DNA from: Polyangiaceae bacterium
GTDB taxonomy: Bacteria; Myxococcota_A; Polyangia; Polyangiales; Polyangiaceae
DNA length: 64,000 nucleotides
NCBI GenBank assembly: GCA_965222375.1
Contig: CBDCTZ010000012.1
Span: forward strand, 128,001 to 192,000
Reading direction: 5' to 3'
Shown in pieces: positions 45,982-55,354 of the stretch (its first letter is position 1; each line of letters starts with the position of its first letter). The translations under genes and the position numbers were made by a program. Under the pieces are notes generated by a model. It was not told the origin of the DNA. It searched no databases and saw nothing but the letters and a program-made list of their open reading frames with translations.

Positions 45982-47085
45982 ATGGGTTTCTCCTGCGGCA
46001 TCGTTGGCTTGCCGAACGTCGGCAAGAGCACGCTTTTCAACTCGCTGTCCACGGCCAAGGCCGAGGCGCAGAACTTCCCGTTCTGCACCATCGAGCCCAA
46101 CGTGGGGGTGGTGCCCGTGCCCGACGAGCGGCTCAGTGCTCTGGCCAAGATCTACGAACCCGAAAAGGTCGTGCCGACAGCGATTCAGTTCGTGGACATC
46201 GCAGGCTTGGTGCGGGGGGCGTCCAAAGGCGAGGGCCTGGGCAACCAGTTCTTGTCCCACATCCGAGAGGTGGACGCGATTGCCCACGTGGTGCGCTGCT
46301 TCACGGACGAAAACGTGACCCATGTGGATGGCCGGGTGGACCCGGTGGCGGACATCGCCACGATCGAAACCGAGCTGTGTCTGAAGGACCTCGACACCGT
46401 ACAAAAGCGCCTCGATCGAGCGCGCAAGCAGAGCAAGAGCGGGGACGCCCTGGAGCGCTTGGCCATCGAGGTCTGCGAGAAGCTGGCCGCGCACCTGGAC
46501 GAGGGCAAGCCCGCTCGCTCCTTGCCCTTCGAGGACGAGAAGGCTGCGGGCATCGTGCAGAACATGCAGCTGTTGACCGCCAAGCCGGTGTTCTACGTCG
46601 CCAACGTGGATGAAGGCTCCCTGGGCAAGGTGGACGACAATCCCCACTACCAGGCCCTGCGTGCCCACGCAGATTCGGAGGGCGCGTTGGTGGTACCCAT
46701 CTGCGCGGCCCTGGAAGAACAAATCGCCGAACTCGAGCCCGAGGATCGTCCAGAGTTTCTAGAGAGCGTAGGGCTGGCGGAGCCGGGTCTCAACTCGGTG
46801 ATCCGGACCGGCTATCAACTGCTCGGTTTGATCACCTTCCTGACCGGCGGACCCAAGGAGTGCCGAGCTTGGACCGTGCAGAAAGGGTCGACGGCGCCCC
46901 AGGCCGCTGGAGTCATTCACACGGACTTCGAGCGGGGCTTCATCAAGGCCGAAGTGATCTGGTGGGAGGACTTGGTGAAGCTGGGCAGTGAGGCCAAGTG
47001 CCGCGAAGCTGGGAAACTCGCCATTGAAGGCAAAGAGTACGTCGTCCGGGATGGCGACGTGATGCACTACCGCTTCAACGTCTAG
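45982..47085 (+). CDS. ychF: Redox-regulated ATPase YchF
   Basis: GIVGLPNVGKST, NFPFCTIEPN, DIAGLV.GASKGEGLGN, TGS domain ending DGDVMHYRFNV. Confidence 0.98.
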   Translation: MGFSCGIVGLPNVGKSTLFNSLSTAKAEAQNFPFCTIEPNVGVVPVPDERLSALAKIYEPEKVVPTAIQFVDIAGLVRGASKGEGLGNQFLSHIREVDAIAHVVRCFTDENVTHVDGRVDPVADIATIETELCLKDLDTVQKRLDRARKQSKSGDALERLAIEVCEKLAAHLDEGKPARSLPFEDEKAAGIVQNMQLLTAKPVFYVANVDEGSLGKVDDNPHYQALRAHADSEGALVVPICAALEEQIAELEPEDRPEFLESVGLAEPGLNSVIRTGYQLLGLITFLTGGPKECRAWTVQKGSTAPQAAGVIHTDFERGFIKAEVIWWEDLVKLGSEAKCREAGKLAIEGKEYVVRDGDVMHYRFNV

Positions 47086-47098
47086 ACAAAGCTGTCGT

Positions 47099-47842
47099 GT
47101 GCCTATCGATCTGACCTTCCTCGCCTTTGGGCTGGTGGTGCTGACCGCCTACGCGGTTCAGACGATGATCGGGTTTGGCAGCGTGATCTTGTGCGTGACC
47201 TTGGGCGCGTTACTCATGCCGCTGCCCCAGGTGTTGGCCCTGGCTGTGCCGGTGTCGCTGTTGCAAACGGGCTACATCATCGCGCGGCATCGTTCGGCCA
47301 TCCGATTCCGACTGCTGTTGCTGGAGGTCCTGCCCTTGATGGTGGCCGGCGCTGCGCTCAGCATTTGGCTGTTGGGCGATCTGAAAGCACCATGGCTAAG
47401 GCCGGCTTTCGGCGGGTTGGTGCTGGCCTTGTCCCTGCGCGAGCTGTGGACGCGCCTCCGCCCGCAGGCGTCTTCCGGAGGCGACGTCTCCAAGGTGGCG
47501 CAGACCGGCGCGCTTTTCGGTGCCGGGGTCGTGCATGGGCTCTTTGCCACAGGTGGGCCGCTACTGGTCTACGCCATCGGGCGCCGCAAACTCAGCAAGG
47601 GCGAGTTTCGCAGCACGGTCACTGCGGTGTGGTTCGTCCTGAACCTGGCACTGGTGGTGGTGTACTTCCGGGCCGGACGCCTGGGGGGAGACATGGTGGC
47701 GCCATTGTTGACCTTGGTTCCCGCGGTGGGCGCAGGAATCGTCGCCGGCGAGGCTCTTCACCACAGGATCGACGAAGAGCGATTTCGCGTGGTGCTCTTC
47801 GTCCTTCTCGCCGTGGCCGCCATCGCGCTCATATTGCGCTGA
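47099..47842 (+). CDS. TauE/SafE sulfite exporter family permease
   Basis: About 8 TM helices; GFG and GLFATGGPL motifs. Confidence 0.85.
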   Translation: MPIDLTFLAFGLVVLTAYAVQTMIGFGSVILCVTLGALLMPLPQVLALAVPVSLLQTGYIIARHRSAIRFRLLLLEVLPLMVAGAALSIWLLGDLKAPWLRPAFGGLVLALSLRELWTRLRPQASSGGDVSKVAQTGALFGAGVVHGLFATGGPLLVYAIGRRKLSKGEFRSTVTAVWFVLNLALVVVYFRAGRLGGDMVAPLLTLVPAVGAGIVAGEALHHRIDEERFRVVLFVLLAVAAIALILR

Positions 47843-47846
47843 GCTC

Positions 47847-48320
47847 CTACTCAGACCAAGAGCGCAAGGTCACGATGTCCACTGGGCCGCCGAAGTAGCC
47901 GAGGAAGCGCGCGACCCACAGCGCGAATAGCAGGACGAAAAGCGAAATCGCCAACACGCTCACGGCCAGGTTCACCCGGGGGCTCAGCGGGCGGTCGCCG
48001 CCGCCCCGCACATAGCTCATGCCCAGAGTGCCCAGCACCGCGATGTAGACCGGCGCCACCACGAAGACCAAGGGGTGTAGCTGCAGCGCGGCTGCGAACT
48101 CGCCGCTCGCGGCCGCGATGGTGGCGCGGGTCAGTCCGCAGCCGGGGCAGGGGATTCCGAACAGACCGGCCGTGGGGCATAGGGGAAAGTCGACGCTCAC
48201 GGCGACCACGACGGGTAGGGTGAGCAGGCCGAGGGTGAGCCCTCGGCGCAAGCGCCCGCTTAGAGATGCGGCCGGAGTTTCCACTCCACTATCAGCGGGC
48301 TGCGGCATTCGCGGGCGCAA
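47847..48320 (-). CDS. DUF2752 membrane protein
   Basis: CPT..LFGIPCPGCGLTRA....G.F..A...HPL motif. Start uncertain. Confidence 0.85.
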   Translation of the reverse strand: MRPRMPQPADSGVETPAASLSGRLRRGLTLGLLTLPVVVAVSVDFPLCPTAGLFGIPCPGCGLTRATIAAASGEFAAALQLHPLVFVVAPVYIAVLGTLGMSYVRGGGDRPLSPRVNLAVSVLAISLFVLLFALWVARFLGYFGGPVDIVTLRSWSE

Positions 48321-48428
48321 AGCTAAGACCGAAAAGCGGATAGCGCAAAGGCTGCAGCGCAGGTGTATTTGCGCTCCTTGGAGAGCGGGAGTACCGGCGC
48401 GGGTGCTTTTTGGCTATTCTTCGGCACT

Positions 48429-49694
48429 ATGAAGCTCGCTCGCCTGCTCGCACCTGCCTTGGCTTTGACACTTCTGCTGGCCGCTCGGCCTGCCTTGGCG
48501 GCGGATTGCACTCCACCGCGCATCCTATTTGTCGTGGACACCTCGACCTCGATGCTGGGCGACATCCCAGACGGCGCGGCCACGACGACCAAGTGGGCGG
48601 CAGCGCAGTCCGCGGTCAAAGAGGTGTTCAAGGCGTTCCCGGATGCGGCCCAATACGGGCTGATGGTCTTTCCGGGCAAGGCGGGCCAATGCACCACCGG
48701 CGAGGTGTTGGTGGATCCGTCGTCGGGCACCGCGGCGACCATCGAGCAGACCCTGCAGAACCTGGTGATTCCCAACAACAACCAGACTCCCGCGGGTCAG
48801 ACCCTGATGGCGGCGTCGAAGTACGCCAAGATCACGGACCCCTCCTACGCCAACTACGTCATCTTCGTGACCGACGGCTATCAGTACTGCAGCGTCAACG
48901 GCGGCACGGCGTGCGCGACCGCAGCCGACTGCACCCTGATGGGCGAGACGACCTGTCCCACCTGCCTGCCGAGCCAGCCCGACGGGTGTTTCTGCGTTCA
49001 GGATTGGTCCACCCTCGGCGCCGACGCCCTGACCAAAGCGGGCGTCAAGACCTTCGTCGTTGGCTTTGGCAACAACGTGAATTTCCAGGCCCTCAACAAG
49101 ACAGCCCAAGCCGGCGGCACGGCGCTGAGCGGCTGTAACCCCAACGCCACCGTCGCTAGCTGCTACTTCCAGGCGCAGAACCCGACGGACCTCAAGAGCG
49201 CCCTGGGCAGCATCGTCACGCAGGTCGTGACCAATCAGTGCACCGGGGACTGTGGGATTTCAGGAACTCAGACCTGCACGGTGAACGGCTGGTCGCCCTG
49301 CAATGCGCCTGCGACTCAAAGCTGCACCTCGACCTGCAACACGCCGGGTACGCAGCAGTGCGTTTCTGGTTCTCTGACCCAGTGCTCGAGTGAGGTCGAC
49401 TGCAATAGCGGCGGCGCGGGCGGCGCGAGCGGGAGCGCTGGCGCGGGCAATGCCGGTGGCCAAGGCAACGCGGGCGGCCAGGGCAACGTGGGCGGCCAGG
49501 GTGGTTTTGGTGCCGTTGGCGGATCCGCGGCGACGGGCGGCAGCGGCGCGGCGCCTACGGGCGCTCAGGATTCCGGAGATGACGGCAGCTGCGGTTGCCG
49601 TGTTCCAGCCAAGTCGCCGGCGGCTCCGGCCGGCTTGGTGCTGTCTCTGCTGGGCGCGGTCTGGGCACTGCGCCGCCGCGTGCGGCATAGCTGA
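48429..49694 (+). CDS. von Willebrand factor A domain protein with MYXO-CTERM-like sorting signal
   Basis: MIDAS DTSTSM..TP..VTDG; Cys-rich repeats; Gly-rich linker; terminal GSCGCRV..LVLSLLGAVWALRRR. Confidence 0.88.
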   Translation: MKLARLLAPALALTLLLAARPALAADCTPPRILFVVDTSTSMLGDIPDGAATTTKWAAAQSAVKEVFKAFPDAAQYGLMVFPGKAGQCTTGEVLVDPSSGTAATIEQTLQNLVIPNNNQTPAGQTLMAASKYAKITDPSYANYVIFVTDGYQYCSVNGGTACATAADCTLMGETTCPTCLPSQPDGCFCVQDWSTLGADALTKAGVKTFVVGFGNNVNFQALNKTAQAGGTALSGCNPNATVASCYFQAQNPTDLKSALGSIVTQVVTNQCTGDCGISGTQTCTVNGWSPCNAPATQSCTSTCNTPGTQQCVSGSLTQCSSEVDCNSGGAGGASGSAGAGNAGGQGNAGGQGNVGGQGGFGAVGGSAATGGSGAAPTGAQDSGDDGSCGCRVPAKSPAAPAGLVLSLLGAVWALRRRVRHS

Positions 49695-49817
49695 TAGCCG
49701 ATAGCCCCCTGGCGCAGAGTCGGGGTTGGAGGCAGCGGGGGCCGGGCGCGCGCTGGGGTTCCCCGCGCGGTCATTGTCTGACCGAGGGTTGTGCTGGCTC
49801 AGACATACACTGGGCGG

Positions 49818-50576
49818 ATGAGTGAGCCGCCGCGCGTTCCCCACCTGCTCGCGTTGTTCGAAAACGGTTTGGGGGATACCAGTGTCTTTCCCTACTCACT
49901 TCCTTTCTTGCCGAACCTCCATCTCGAGTTTCCCACCCATGTGACGTTCTTCGTGGGAGAGAACGGGAGCGGCAAGTCGACCTTGCTCGAAGCGATTGCG
50001 GACATCTGCCGCTTGCCGGTTTCGGGTGGGGGGAAGAACGAACTGGGTCAGACTCACGGTCCGGAACAAGAGAGTTTGCTCGCACGCAGCCTCAAGGGTT
50101 CGTTTCGTCGTCGCCCCTGGGATGGGTTCTTTCTCCGCGCGGAGTTCTACGCCCACTTCGCGTCTCTGCTGGATCAACGCCGCGGGGATCCGGAGTTCGG
50201 TGGCGATCCCTACTTCCTCTACGGTGGCAAATCCCTACACGAACGCTCGCATGGAGAAGCGTTCATGGAGATCATTCAGGGGCGGATGGACTCGGGCATG
50301 TTCTTGTTGGACGAGCCCGAATCGGCGCTGTCCCCGCAGCGGCAGTTGGCGCTTCTCGCAACCATGGCGGCGGCCACGGCGTCCGGCGAGGCGCAATTCG
50401 TCATCGCGACGCATTCGCCCGTGTTGCTGACGTTCCCCGGCGCGACCATCGTCGACTTCAATGACCCCGCCTTGCCCACCATCGCGCTGGAAGACACCTC
50501 GCACTATCAGATCACGCGGGGGATCCTCGAAAGCCCGGAGCGCTACTGGAAGCACCTGCGACCCGACTGCGCCTAG
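49818..50576 (+). CDS. ABC-type (AAA_21-like) ATPase without permease
   Basis: VTFFVGENGSGKSTLLE, SHGEAF, LLDEPESALSP, IATHSP. Confidence 0.9.
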   Translation: MSEPPRVPHLLALFENGLGDTSVFPYSLPFLPNLHLEFPTHVTFFVGENGSGKSTLLEAIADICRLPVSGGGKNELGQTHGPEQESLLARSLKGSFRRRPWDGFFLRAEFYAHFASLLDQRRGDPEFGGDPYFLYGGKSLHERSHGEAFMEIIQGRMDSGMFLLDEPESALSPQRQLALLATMAAATASGEAQFVIATHSPVLLTFPGATIVDFNDPALPTIALEDTSHYQITRGILESPERYWKHLRPDCA

Positions 50577-50594
50577 GGTGACTCCGCGACCTGG

Positions 50595-50783
50595 GGGCCC
50601 GATTCGAGAGTAGTTACCCACCCGGCTTCGCCGGACCCACATCGAAGGAAACGCGCCATACTGCTGGATGGTGGCAGAGAGGTCGAGGCCGCGATGGCGC
50701 CAGCGAGCCCTTCTGTTTCTGCCTAGTGGCCCTCGGCGGCCCAGAGATGACGCGCTTCGTGATACCCGAAGGGGTGCGACCCC
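50595..50783 (-). repeat. Dispersed ~190-bp repeat, copy 2 (inverted relative to 26011-26200, internal 28-bp module flipped)
   Basis: Direct sequence comparison with 26011-26200. Confidence 0.9.
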
Positions 50784-50938
50784 AAACAAAAAAGGACCCT
50801 CCGATTCAGCTCAAGATGGGACCATTTCCGTTGTTTGGTGCGGATTGCGGGCAACGATCGACGCCCGCGAACCCAAATCGCCCGCCGTGGGCTCTTATTA
50901 TCGTGACGAAGAAGACGAGTGCAGGACAGCCGCCTGCA

Positions 50939-51157
50939 ATGACGGGCGCGACGCCGGATGAAGCGAAGCTAAAGCGCAGCAACGAGCTGCTGACCGTGGG
51001 AGCTACGGTTGGTGCCGTTGGTGTAGTTGGCGCGGTGTTCTTAGGCGCCACCTGTCCGCTATGCGTAGTGGCAGCACCCGCGCTGCTAGGGGCCGGAGCG
51101 GTGGAGCGGTTGCGTTCGAAACGACCGAGTCGGCGAAAACCCGACGGCGCAAAGTAA
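50939..51157 (+). CDS. Small membrane protein with CPLC motif
   Basis: Hydrophobic hairpin ...GAVFLGATCPLCVVAAPALLGAG followed by a basic tail. Start uncertain (GTG 50903 or ATG 50939). Confidence 0.55.
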   Translation: MTGATPDEAKLKRSNELLTVGATVGAVGVVGAVFLGATCPLCVVAAPALLGAGAVERLRSKRPSRRKPDGAK

Positions 51158-51222
51158 AAAACGCGACGCCCCTCGAGGGAGCGCCGCGCTTTGCCGTCTG
51201 TCCGCGGCCAGCGCGGACTGTC

Positions 51223-52329
51223 TCAGTACCCTTGTGGTGCGCCGCCGCCCGCTGCCTGCCAGATCTCGTTGAGATCGTTGGTCAAGAAGAAGGGCCACAG
51301 CAGCAGGTACATGATGGGATGTTGCACGCTGGGGTTCGGGACCCCGGCCATTTGTTTGGCGTCGAGCACCTTCTCGGGCAAAGCCCAGAGCTGGAGCAGG
51401 TTGAGAATCGGAATAAAGAACATGATCGGGTTCAGGTCGTCCTTTTGACGGAACGCCTTGAGCTCGCTGACCTGTGTGAAGATCAAGTAGAGCAGGTACA
51501 CGAAGCAGATCATGCCGATCACGAGGTTCATGATCGCGTTGCGGGTTTGACCGATGGGCCCGTGGGCTCCGCCCATGCCACCACCTTGGGGTGCCATGGG
51601 TCCGCCACCGGGGACCGGCCCGCCCATGGCGCCGGGGGGCGCGCCAACCGGTGCGATCGCCATGTTCGGATCCGGCGCCGGGCCGCCACCGGGCGGAGGA
51701 CCGCCGAAACCACCGGGCGGAGGACCACCCGGGTCACCCGGAGGTGGACCACCTGGAGGTGGACCACCTGGCGGAGGTGCGCCACCGGGACCGCCCGGCG
51801 GAGGCCCGTCTGGTGGCGGACCGCCTGGACCACCTGGCGGTGGGCCTCCCATTCCACCCGGAGGCGGACCACCTGGAGGCGGACCACCAGGAGGAGGAGC
51901 GCCACCTGGAGGAGGAGCGCCACCCGGCGGAGGACCACCTGGCGGAGGCCCACCTGCGCCAGGGAAGCCCCCGGCACCGGGGCCTGCAGCCATCGTTCCG
52001 CCCAAGGGATCGGCCGGACCGCCTGGATCTGGCGCACCCGGGGCTGCGGGCGCAGGGCCGGGGGCCGCGGGCGGAGCGCCCGGGGCTGCAGGCGGGGCGG
52101 GTGCGGCGCCCGGGGAGGGCGGCGCCACGCCGAGCATCGTGCCTTTCAGCGAAGGTTTGGGCGCTGCTGGCGGCGCCGAAGCAGGCCGTGGTGGCGCTGC
52201 TGGCGGAGCGTTGACCATCAGCATGGTGCCCTTGAATTTGGGCGCCGCAGCGCCTTTCAAGTTGAAGCCGCACTTCGTGCAGGTTGTCGCCGATGCCTCA
52301 TTTTGAGTGCCACAGTTCGGGCAAAACAC
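51223..52329 (-). CDS. Zinc-ribbon protein with Pro/Gly-rich linker and C-terminal DUF4234-like membrane domain
   Basis: MFCPNCG..CTKCG; repeated LKGTML motifs; (GGPPP)n linker; hydrophobic C-terminus ending QNDLN-like TNDLNEIW. Confidence 0.8.
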   Translation of the reverse strand: MFCPNCGTQNEASATTCTKCGFNLKGAAAPKFKGTMLMVNAPPAAPPRPASAPPAAPKPSLKGTMLGVAPPSPGAAPAPPAAPGAPPAAPGPAPAAPGAPDPGGPADPLGGTMAAGPGAGGFPGAGGPPPGGPPPGGAPPPGGAPPPGGPPPGGPPPGGMGGPPPGGPGGPPPDGPPPGGPGGAPPPGGPPPGGPPPGDPGGPPPGGFGGPPPGGGPAPDPNMAIAPVGAPPGAMGGPVPGGGPMAPQGGGMGGAHGPIGQTRNAIMNLVIGMICFVYLLYLIFTQVSELKAFRQKDDLNPIMFFIPILNLLQLWALPEKVLDAKQMAGVPNPSVQHPIMYLLLWPFFLTNDLNEIWQAAGGGAPQGY

Positions 52330-52451
52330 GATTCACCTCCCGGTCCTCGCCAATGCTGCCGGCGAGCCGCCGCAGCCTACACGTGCTTGTCCTGATTTCT
52401 CAAGTGAATCGAGGGGCCCAGGGGTGCGATTCTGGCCCCTTCTGACCGGTC

Positions 52452-52481
52452 TTGACACCTCAAAGGCGCGATCACTACGGT
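52452..52481 (+). promoter_or_regulatory. Candidate sigma70 promoter of the nuo operon
   Basis: TTGACA, 18-nt spacer, TACGGT, 80 bp upstream of the nuoE ATG. Confidence 0.4.
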
Positions 52482-52560
52482 GCGCTCGCCCGCGCGCGGG
52501 CAAATGGCAGGCACTGGGCAGTGGATCTGTCCTGGAGCCGCCTCACAAGAACGGACAAAA

Positions 52561-53043
52561 ATGGCGTTTACCCTCCCCGCGGAGCAGGAGCGACAGCTCG
52601 AAGAGATTCTGTCGCGCTACCCAAACAAGCAGGCTGCGTGCATTCCAGTCCTGCATTTGTGCCAGGACGCGAACGACAACTGGGTGAGTCCGGGCGTCGT
52701 GACCTTTGTCGCGGATCGCCTCGGGCTGTCGACGGCGCACGTTCAGGGCGTGGTGACCTTCTATACGCTCTTCAATCGAGAGCGCCCGGGCAAGCATCAG
52801 GTCTGGGTCTGCCGAACCCTGTCCTGCGCTCTGCGGGGCAGTGAAGAGCTGCTCGGGCACTGCAAGAAACGCCTGAAGGTCAAGGAGGGCGGAACCACGA
52901 AAGACGGCAAGGTCACGCTGCGCACGGCAGAGTGTCTGGCTTCCTGCGGTACGGCGCCCATGATGCAAGTCGACAAGACCTATTACGAGAATCTCACCCT
53001 CGAAGAAGTGGATCGCATCCTCGACCAACTGGTCGCTGACTGA
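52561..53043 (+). CDS. nuoE: NADH-quinone oxidoreductase subunit E
   Basis: VVTFYTLF; 2Fe-2S ligands CRTLSC..CLASCGTAPMMQV. Confidence 0.95.
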   Translation: MAFTLPAEQERQLEEILSRYPNKQAACIPVLHLCQDANDNWVSPGVVTFVADRLGLSTAHVQGVVTFYTLFNRERPGKHQVWVCRTLSCALRGSEELLGHCKKRLKVKEGGTTKDGKVTLRTAECLASCGTAPMMQVDKTYYENLTLEEVDRILDQLVAD

Positions 53044-53069
53044 CGCGCTGATCCGAAGCTGAGGAACTC

Positions 53070-54416
53070 ATGCTGAAGCGAACGTCGTATCTCTCACACT
53101 CCTACGACAAGCCCGACGGGCACACCCTGGCTGTTTACGAACAAGCAGGGGGCTATCAGAGCGCGCGCAAGGCGCTCGGAATGAGCCGAGAGGCTGTCGT
53201 CGAGGAAGTGAAAAAGGCTCACATTCGCGGTCGAGGCGGCGCGGGATTCGACTGCGGAACCAAATGGGGCTTCATGCCCAAGGAGAGCCAAAAACCCGCC
53301 TACCTCGTGATCAATGCCGATGAAGGCGAGCCCGGCACCTTCAAAGACCGCACGGTGATGGAGCAGAACCCGCACGCCCTCATCGAGGGCTGCATCATTG
53401 GTTGTTTCGGAATCGGGGCCCACGCCGCCTACATCTACGTGCGCGACGAGCTGCATCTATCCAAAGAGCGGCTCTGGACCGCCATTCGCGAGGCTCGCGA
53501 GAAAGGCTATCTGGGGGACCGGCCCTTTGGGCGCGACTACCCCGTCGAGGTGTACGTGCACACGGGCGCTGGCGCCTACATCTGCGGGGAAGAGACGGCA
53601 CTGCTCAATTCCCTCGAGGGCAAACGCGGCGAACCCCGCCTCAAACCACCCTTTCCGGCGCAGTTCGGCGCCTTCGGCTGCCCCTCCACGGTGAACAACG
53701 TCGAAACGATTGCCATCGTTCCGACGATTTTTCGGGTCGGCGGTGACGCTTTCAGTCGGGTTTCGTCTTTGCACGATTTTAACGACGGCGGCGCACGTCT
53801 GTTTGGGGTCAGTGGTCACGTGAAGAAACCCGGCGTCTACGAGTGTGCCGTTGGGCTGACCCTGGGCGAACTGATTCACGACTTGGGCGGGGGCCTCAGC
53901 ACGGGCAGCGAAATCCTGGGCGTGATCCCTGGCGGCTCGAGCTGCCCCGTGCACCTGCCCAGTGAAATCGTCAACGTACCGGACGATCCTCGCTTCGAGC
54001 CCTACAATGGCAAGAGCATCCTGGATTTGCCCCTCGGGGTGGATACCTATCGAGCCGTCGGAGGCATGCTGGGTACTTGCTGTGCCATCGTGCTTTCGGA
54101 TCAGGCGGATCCGGTCGTGGCCTTCCACAACCTGATGCGGTTCTACCGCCACGAGTCCTGCGGGCAGTGCACGCCGTGCCGAGAGGGCTGCGGATGGATC
54201 GAGCGGATTGCCGACAAGATCGTCGAAGGCACCGCCAGCATGGAGGAGCTCGATCAGATCACTGACATCGCCTCCAACATCACTGGCAACACGATCTGTG
54301 CGTTCGGCGACGGCGCGGCGCAGCCGGCCCTGTCCTTCGTGAGCAAGTACCGCAAGCATTTCGAGGACTACATCCTGACTGGCGGCAACAGCCAGACGAA
54401 GAGGCTGGTGGCATGA
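53070..54416 (+). CDS. nuoF: NADH-quinone oxidoreductase subunit F
   Basis: GRGGAGF, NADEGEPGTFKDR, GAGAYICGEETAL, ESCGQCTPCREG, TICAFGD. Confidence 0.97.
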   Translation: MLKRTSYLSHSYDKPDGHTLAVYEQAGGYQSARKALGMSREAVVEEVKKAHIRGRGGAGFDCGTKWGFMPKESQKPAYLVINADEGEPGTFKDRTVMEQNPHALIEGCIIGCFGIGAHAAYIYVRDELHLSKERLWTAIREAREKGYLGDRPFGRDYPVEVYVHTGAGAYICGEETALLNSLEGKRGEPRLKPPFPAQFGAFGCPSTVNNVETIAIVPTIFRVGGDAFSRVSSLHDFNDGGARLFGVSGHVKKPGVYECAVGLTLGELIHDLGGGLSTGSEILGVIPGGSSCPVHLPSEIVNVPDDPRFEPYNGKSILDLPLGVDTYRAVGGMLGTCCAIVLSDQADPVVAFHNLMRFYRHESCGQCTPCREGCGWIERIADKIVEGTASMEELDQITDIASNITGNTICAFGDGAAQPALSFVSKYRKHFEDYILTGGNSQTKRLVA

Positions 54417-55030
54417 GCGCGGGAAACATCCTCTTCCTGGTCGCCTCCCTGCTTTGCCTAGTCGGTGGCTTGGCGACGGTGCTCGCCAAGAATCCGATCC
54501 GCGGCGCGATGGGGCTATTGACCACGATCGTCGGGATCGCCCTGCTCTTCCTCAAGCTCTCAGCGCAGTTCTTAGCTGCTATCCAGCTCATCGTTTATGC
54601 CGGCGCTGTCGTGGTGCTGTTCGTCTTCGTCATCATGCTGTTGGGGCCGGACGCGGGCAGCCGTCAAACCGGGCCCGGAGAGGCTCGGGCTTCGCGCTGG
54701 TTCGCAGCCCTCGGTTTGGTGGCACTCAGCGGTGCGGCGCTGTTCTTGATGACCAAGGGGCAAAAGGCGCTGACCCCGCTACCCGCGGCGACGCCAGATC
54801 ATGGCAGCACGGAAGCCGTGGGCGGGCTCTTGTTCAACCACGCCATCGTGCCCTTCGAATTGGCCACCGCGCTGCTCATCGTCGCCGTGATTGGCGCGAT
54901 CGCGGTCGCCAGAACGAAACCTCATCGCCGGCGAGAGCGAGACCCGAGCCACGAAGGGCGCCGGCTCTTTGCTGGACCGTTGCATCCCCGGGACGCTGAG
55001 CGCCCCTTGACCAAGGAGCCGGCGGAATGA
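54413..55030 (+). CDS. nuoJ: NADH-quinone oxidoreductase subunit J
   Basis: QLIVYAGAVVVLFVFVIMLL, PFEL..LL..A.IGA. Confidence 0.95.
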   Translation: MSAGNILFLVASLLCLVGGLATVLAKNPIRGAMGLLTTIVGIALLFLKLSAQFLAAIQLIVYAGAVVVLFVFVIMLLGPDAGSRQTGPGEARASRWFAALGLVALSGAALFLMTKGQKALTPLPAATPDHGSTEAVGGLLFNHAIVPFELATALLIVAVIGAIAVARTKPHRRRERDPSHEGRRLFAGPLHPRDAERPLTKEPAE

Positions 55031-55344
55031 ACGGCCTGGGCAACTTTGTGGAGCACTACGTGCTCCTGTCGTCAGTTCTGTTCACCATCGGCGCGGTAGG
55101 CTTTGTGGCGCGCCGCAATGCCTTGGTGCAACTGATGAGCATCGAGCTGATGCTCAACGCCGTGAATCTGCTTTTGGTTGCTTACAATCGTGCCCACGGT
55201 GAAGTGATGACCGGGCAGATGTTCGCCTTCTTCATCATCGCCGTAGCCGCTGCCGAGGTCGCCGTCGGCTTGGCCATCGTCCTTGCTTTCTACCGACTAA
55301 AGTCTTCCGTCCACAGCGACGAAGCGAACGCGCTCAAGCACTGA
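55027..55344 (+). CDS. nuoK: NADH-quinone oxidoreductase subunit K
   Basis: LMSIELMLNAVNL, AVAAAEVAVGLAI. Confidence 0.97.
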   Translation: MNGLGNFVEHYVLLSSVLFTIGAVGFVARRNALVQLMSIELMLNAVNLLLVAYNRAHGEVMTGQMFAFFIIAVAAAEVAVGLAIVLAFYRLKSSVHSDEANALKH

Positions 55345-55354
55345 GAATCTCACC

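Noticed and set aside
51690..51960. 15-18-bp periodic repeats that could look like a CRISPR or VNTR array
   Set aside because: They encode (GGPPP)n in frame; there are no unique spacers, no constant repeat and no cas genes.
51554..52306. Long + strand Gly/Pro-rich ORFs (also 51061..52395)
   Set aside because: Antisense shadows of the GGN/CCN-rich linker of the minus-strand zinc-ribbon gene, which has real domains at both ends.
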